A stretch of 64,000 nucleotides of DNA from Microcoleus sp. Lineage in GTDB: Bacteria; Cyanobacteriota; Cyanobacteriia; Cyanobacteriales; Microcoleaceae. Under the pieces are notes generated by a model. The model did not search any database, was not told the DNA's origin, and saw only the letters and a list, made by a program, of their open reading frames with translations. Positions 62,110 through 64,000 of this stretch are shown one piece after another. A program made the translations under genes and the position numbers. Location of the stretch: contig CP181291.1 of the NCBI GenBank assembly GCA_052279835.1, positions 4,960,001-5,024,000 of the forward strand, written 5' to 3'. Numbering within the stretch: the stretch's first letter is position 1; every line of letters starts with the position of its first letter.

Positions 62110-62741
62110 CAGTTAATTGCGGAGATATTCAATACGCGCAACTACTTTATTTCTAAAACGGGTTGCCTCAGATTTTGTGCACTATGTAAAATGGATTTAC
62201 ATTGCTATTAAAATGATTGTATCCTTTCAAATAAATCTCTTCTGACTCCATCATTCGCAGCTTCAGTTAATTGGATCGTCCGAACTGTCTTTCGGTTGAA
62301 GTTCCTCTGGCGAGGCATGAGTAAATCACTAAACTTAAATCCATTTAACTGCTCTATTTTTTTGAGTCCACTTAATGTTAATTCGTTGTTAACAAATCTA
62401 GTTAGGGTAAGAATGCGTTGTGCACCGTATACGATCTCTAAACGTGGTTCATCATTTTCATCATGACCGATATCAACAACGAATATAGAAGGTATTGGCA
62501 GCCCCCAAATTACCGATTCGATAAACTTTGATTGCCTTGTCTCATCCCAAATAAGTTCGCGTTGGTAGTCAGGAATAAACAACTTATTAGTATCATCGTT
62601 AATTCCTTCCATATATTTTTGAACAAGTATTTCGAGTGGATAGTCTCTCGTATCGTAATTAATTTCCTGCTGCTTGTCGCGGATTTGCATTTCAGCAGCA
62701 TTTCTGTCTTGAAGCGTAATTTGTTCTAGTTTCGATCGCAT
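62110..62741 (-). pseudogene. DUF262 (ParB-like) protein, internally deleted and degenerate
   Basis: IPDYQR, FIES..GLPIP, LFERI; DGxQR reads YGAQR; stop at 62208; detached tail NKVVARIEYLRN* lies just upstream of the HEPN gene. Confidence 0.75.
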
Positions 62742-62943
62742 ATTTTTAACTAACGGGTGAGTGTTGTGAATACGATAATTTTACCACAGCCCAGGGTGGA
62801 TAAAGTCCTGTTCGGAGAATTTTAGTCTTGAGGCCAGCCAGTGTAAATTATGATTTGGCTAAGATGATGCGGTCGATCGCACTTATCAAAAAAAGTGCAA
62901 TCGCCAATGTTTAGTTAACTGAAATCGCAGCGAAAATTACCAT

Positions 62944-63177
62944 TTATAACGCGCTGGTGACGGGATTGGAAGGACGATCTGCCAACGCGGATAAACGGTG
63001 ACTGTCCCCGCTTATATCGAACACAACCTCAAACTTAACGTGAGGTATTGTTTGTCGCAAAAACTTGAAATGGCCGTCGGCATCGGAACGGCTGCGGAAG
63101 CGGGCAACAATTATCCATTGCTAAGTCGGTAACAAACGGGCGATCGCCCAACAGCACAAGCGTTGTTTGTATGTCAT
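62944..63177 (-). pseudogene. Small hypothetical gene with internal TAG
   Basis: MTYKQRLCCWAIARLLPT*QWIIVARFRSRSDADGHFKFLRQTIP..FEVVFD; stop at 63121-63123. Confidence 0.65.
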
Positions 63178-63384
63178 CATAGAACTCGTCTCCATTGAAT
63201 GTTGGAGCCAGAGCCAGCCCAGAACCTTGGACAGTTGAGGGGCTGGCTTTTGACTGTTTAAGGCCTGAGCCTTATCTACACTAATAGCATAATTTGATGT
63301 CATTGACATCAAATGGCACAAAAAAAGATCGAAGGGTGTTGGAGTGTAAGATTGAAGACAATTGAAGTCAAACCATGCCTGCCA

Positions 63385-63570
63385 ATGCCTTCACGTATGC
63401 GAGTCACAGTTACACTGCCAGAAGACGTTCATCAAGCCTTGTCCGAATGGGCCCAACAGGAAGATAGAACACTCGCAAACCTGCTCTCCCATGTGGCTGC
63501 TAAAGCAGTCAGAGAACGCCAAGAGCGAGAAGAGAAGAAAAAGGACGAATCAGAAGACGATCGCACTTAA
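63385..63570 (+). CDS. Ribbon-helix-helix (CopG/Arc-like) protein
   Basis: RVTVTLPEDVHQALSEWAQQEDRTLANL. Confidence 0.82.
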   Translation: MPSRMRVTVTLPEDVHQALSEWAQQEDRTLANLLSHVAAKAVRERQEREEKKKDESEDDRT

Positions 63571-63623
63571 GCGATGGCCACAGCGTAAGATGGACTGTGT
63601 TGATATGTTTTGTAGTGCAACGA

Positions 63624-63800
63624 ATGGCTTCACGGGGAAGAGTTACCGCATATCTGCCAGAGGAAATTCAAAAAGCTCTGGAAGAATGGGCAGAAGAAGA
63701 AAGCAGATCCGTTAGCAGTTTGGCAACGTACCTGCTGACTAAATCTGTTCGAGAGCGTCAAGAGTTGAAACAGGATAAATCAAAAGGCGATCGCCCTTAA
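63624..63800 (+). CDS. Ribbon-helix-helix (CopG/Arc-like) protein
   Basis: RVTAYLPEEIQKALEEWAEEESRSVSSL. Confidence 0.82.
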   Translation: MASRGRVTAYLPEEIQKALEEWAEEESRSVSSLATYLLTKSVRERQELKQDKSKGDRP

Positions 63801-64000
63801 GCGATGCCCCATCCCTTGTGGCGCGGGCTTCCCGCCCGCCATTTATATCAATTCCGGTTGTGTCGGAATGATTTAACCGCGAAGGCGCTAAGGACGACCC
63901 CCCCCTGCCCCCCCCAAGGGGGGAAAGAGGAAGAGAAGAGAGAGTTTAATACAGGACGATGAAGACCAGGATTTTATATTACCTGCTGTTAAAACAAGAA

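Overview
Chromosomal segment of a filamentous cyanobacterium, probably Oscillatoriales/Microcoleus-like. This is inferred from dense HIP1 GCGATCGC octamers, heptameric STRR tracts, crtR, desA and Uma2 genes. A housekeeping backbone (5-oxoprolinase, pyk, crtR, aroH, two sppA, ilvE, frmAB, fni, carbonic anhydrase, ylqF, pgk, desA, thrC, tRNA-Thr(CGT)) is interspersed with accessory loci. The most notable locus (about 5.0-14.3 kb) has two divergent AAA_35/STAND-like NTPases, a soluble HTH-AAA and a membrane-anchored AAA-TM-WD40. They bracket pilin-like, sterol-desaturase-like, rhodanese, NfeD and SPFH genes. The promoters of these genes share an 11-bp-period AAGTCGATG direct-repeat array, and two also share an identical 19-bp box, which points to a candidate NTPase-pair regulon. 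Other observations: a second palindromic activator-like motif shared by four stress-type promoters; a nuclease-ParA/ParB-like/ParB-like-Rho_N module; several decaying defence/TA loci (AAA_21 pair, DarT-DarG remnant, DUF262-HEPN); an IS5 element and a tnpB-only IS200/IS605 element; and many small repeats, several inserted in frame inside genes. All family calls come from motif recognition by eye; no database search was run.
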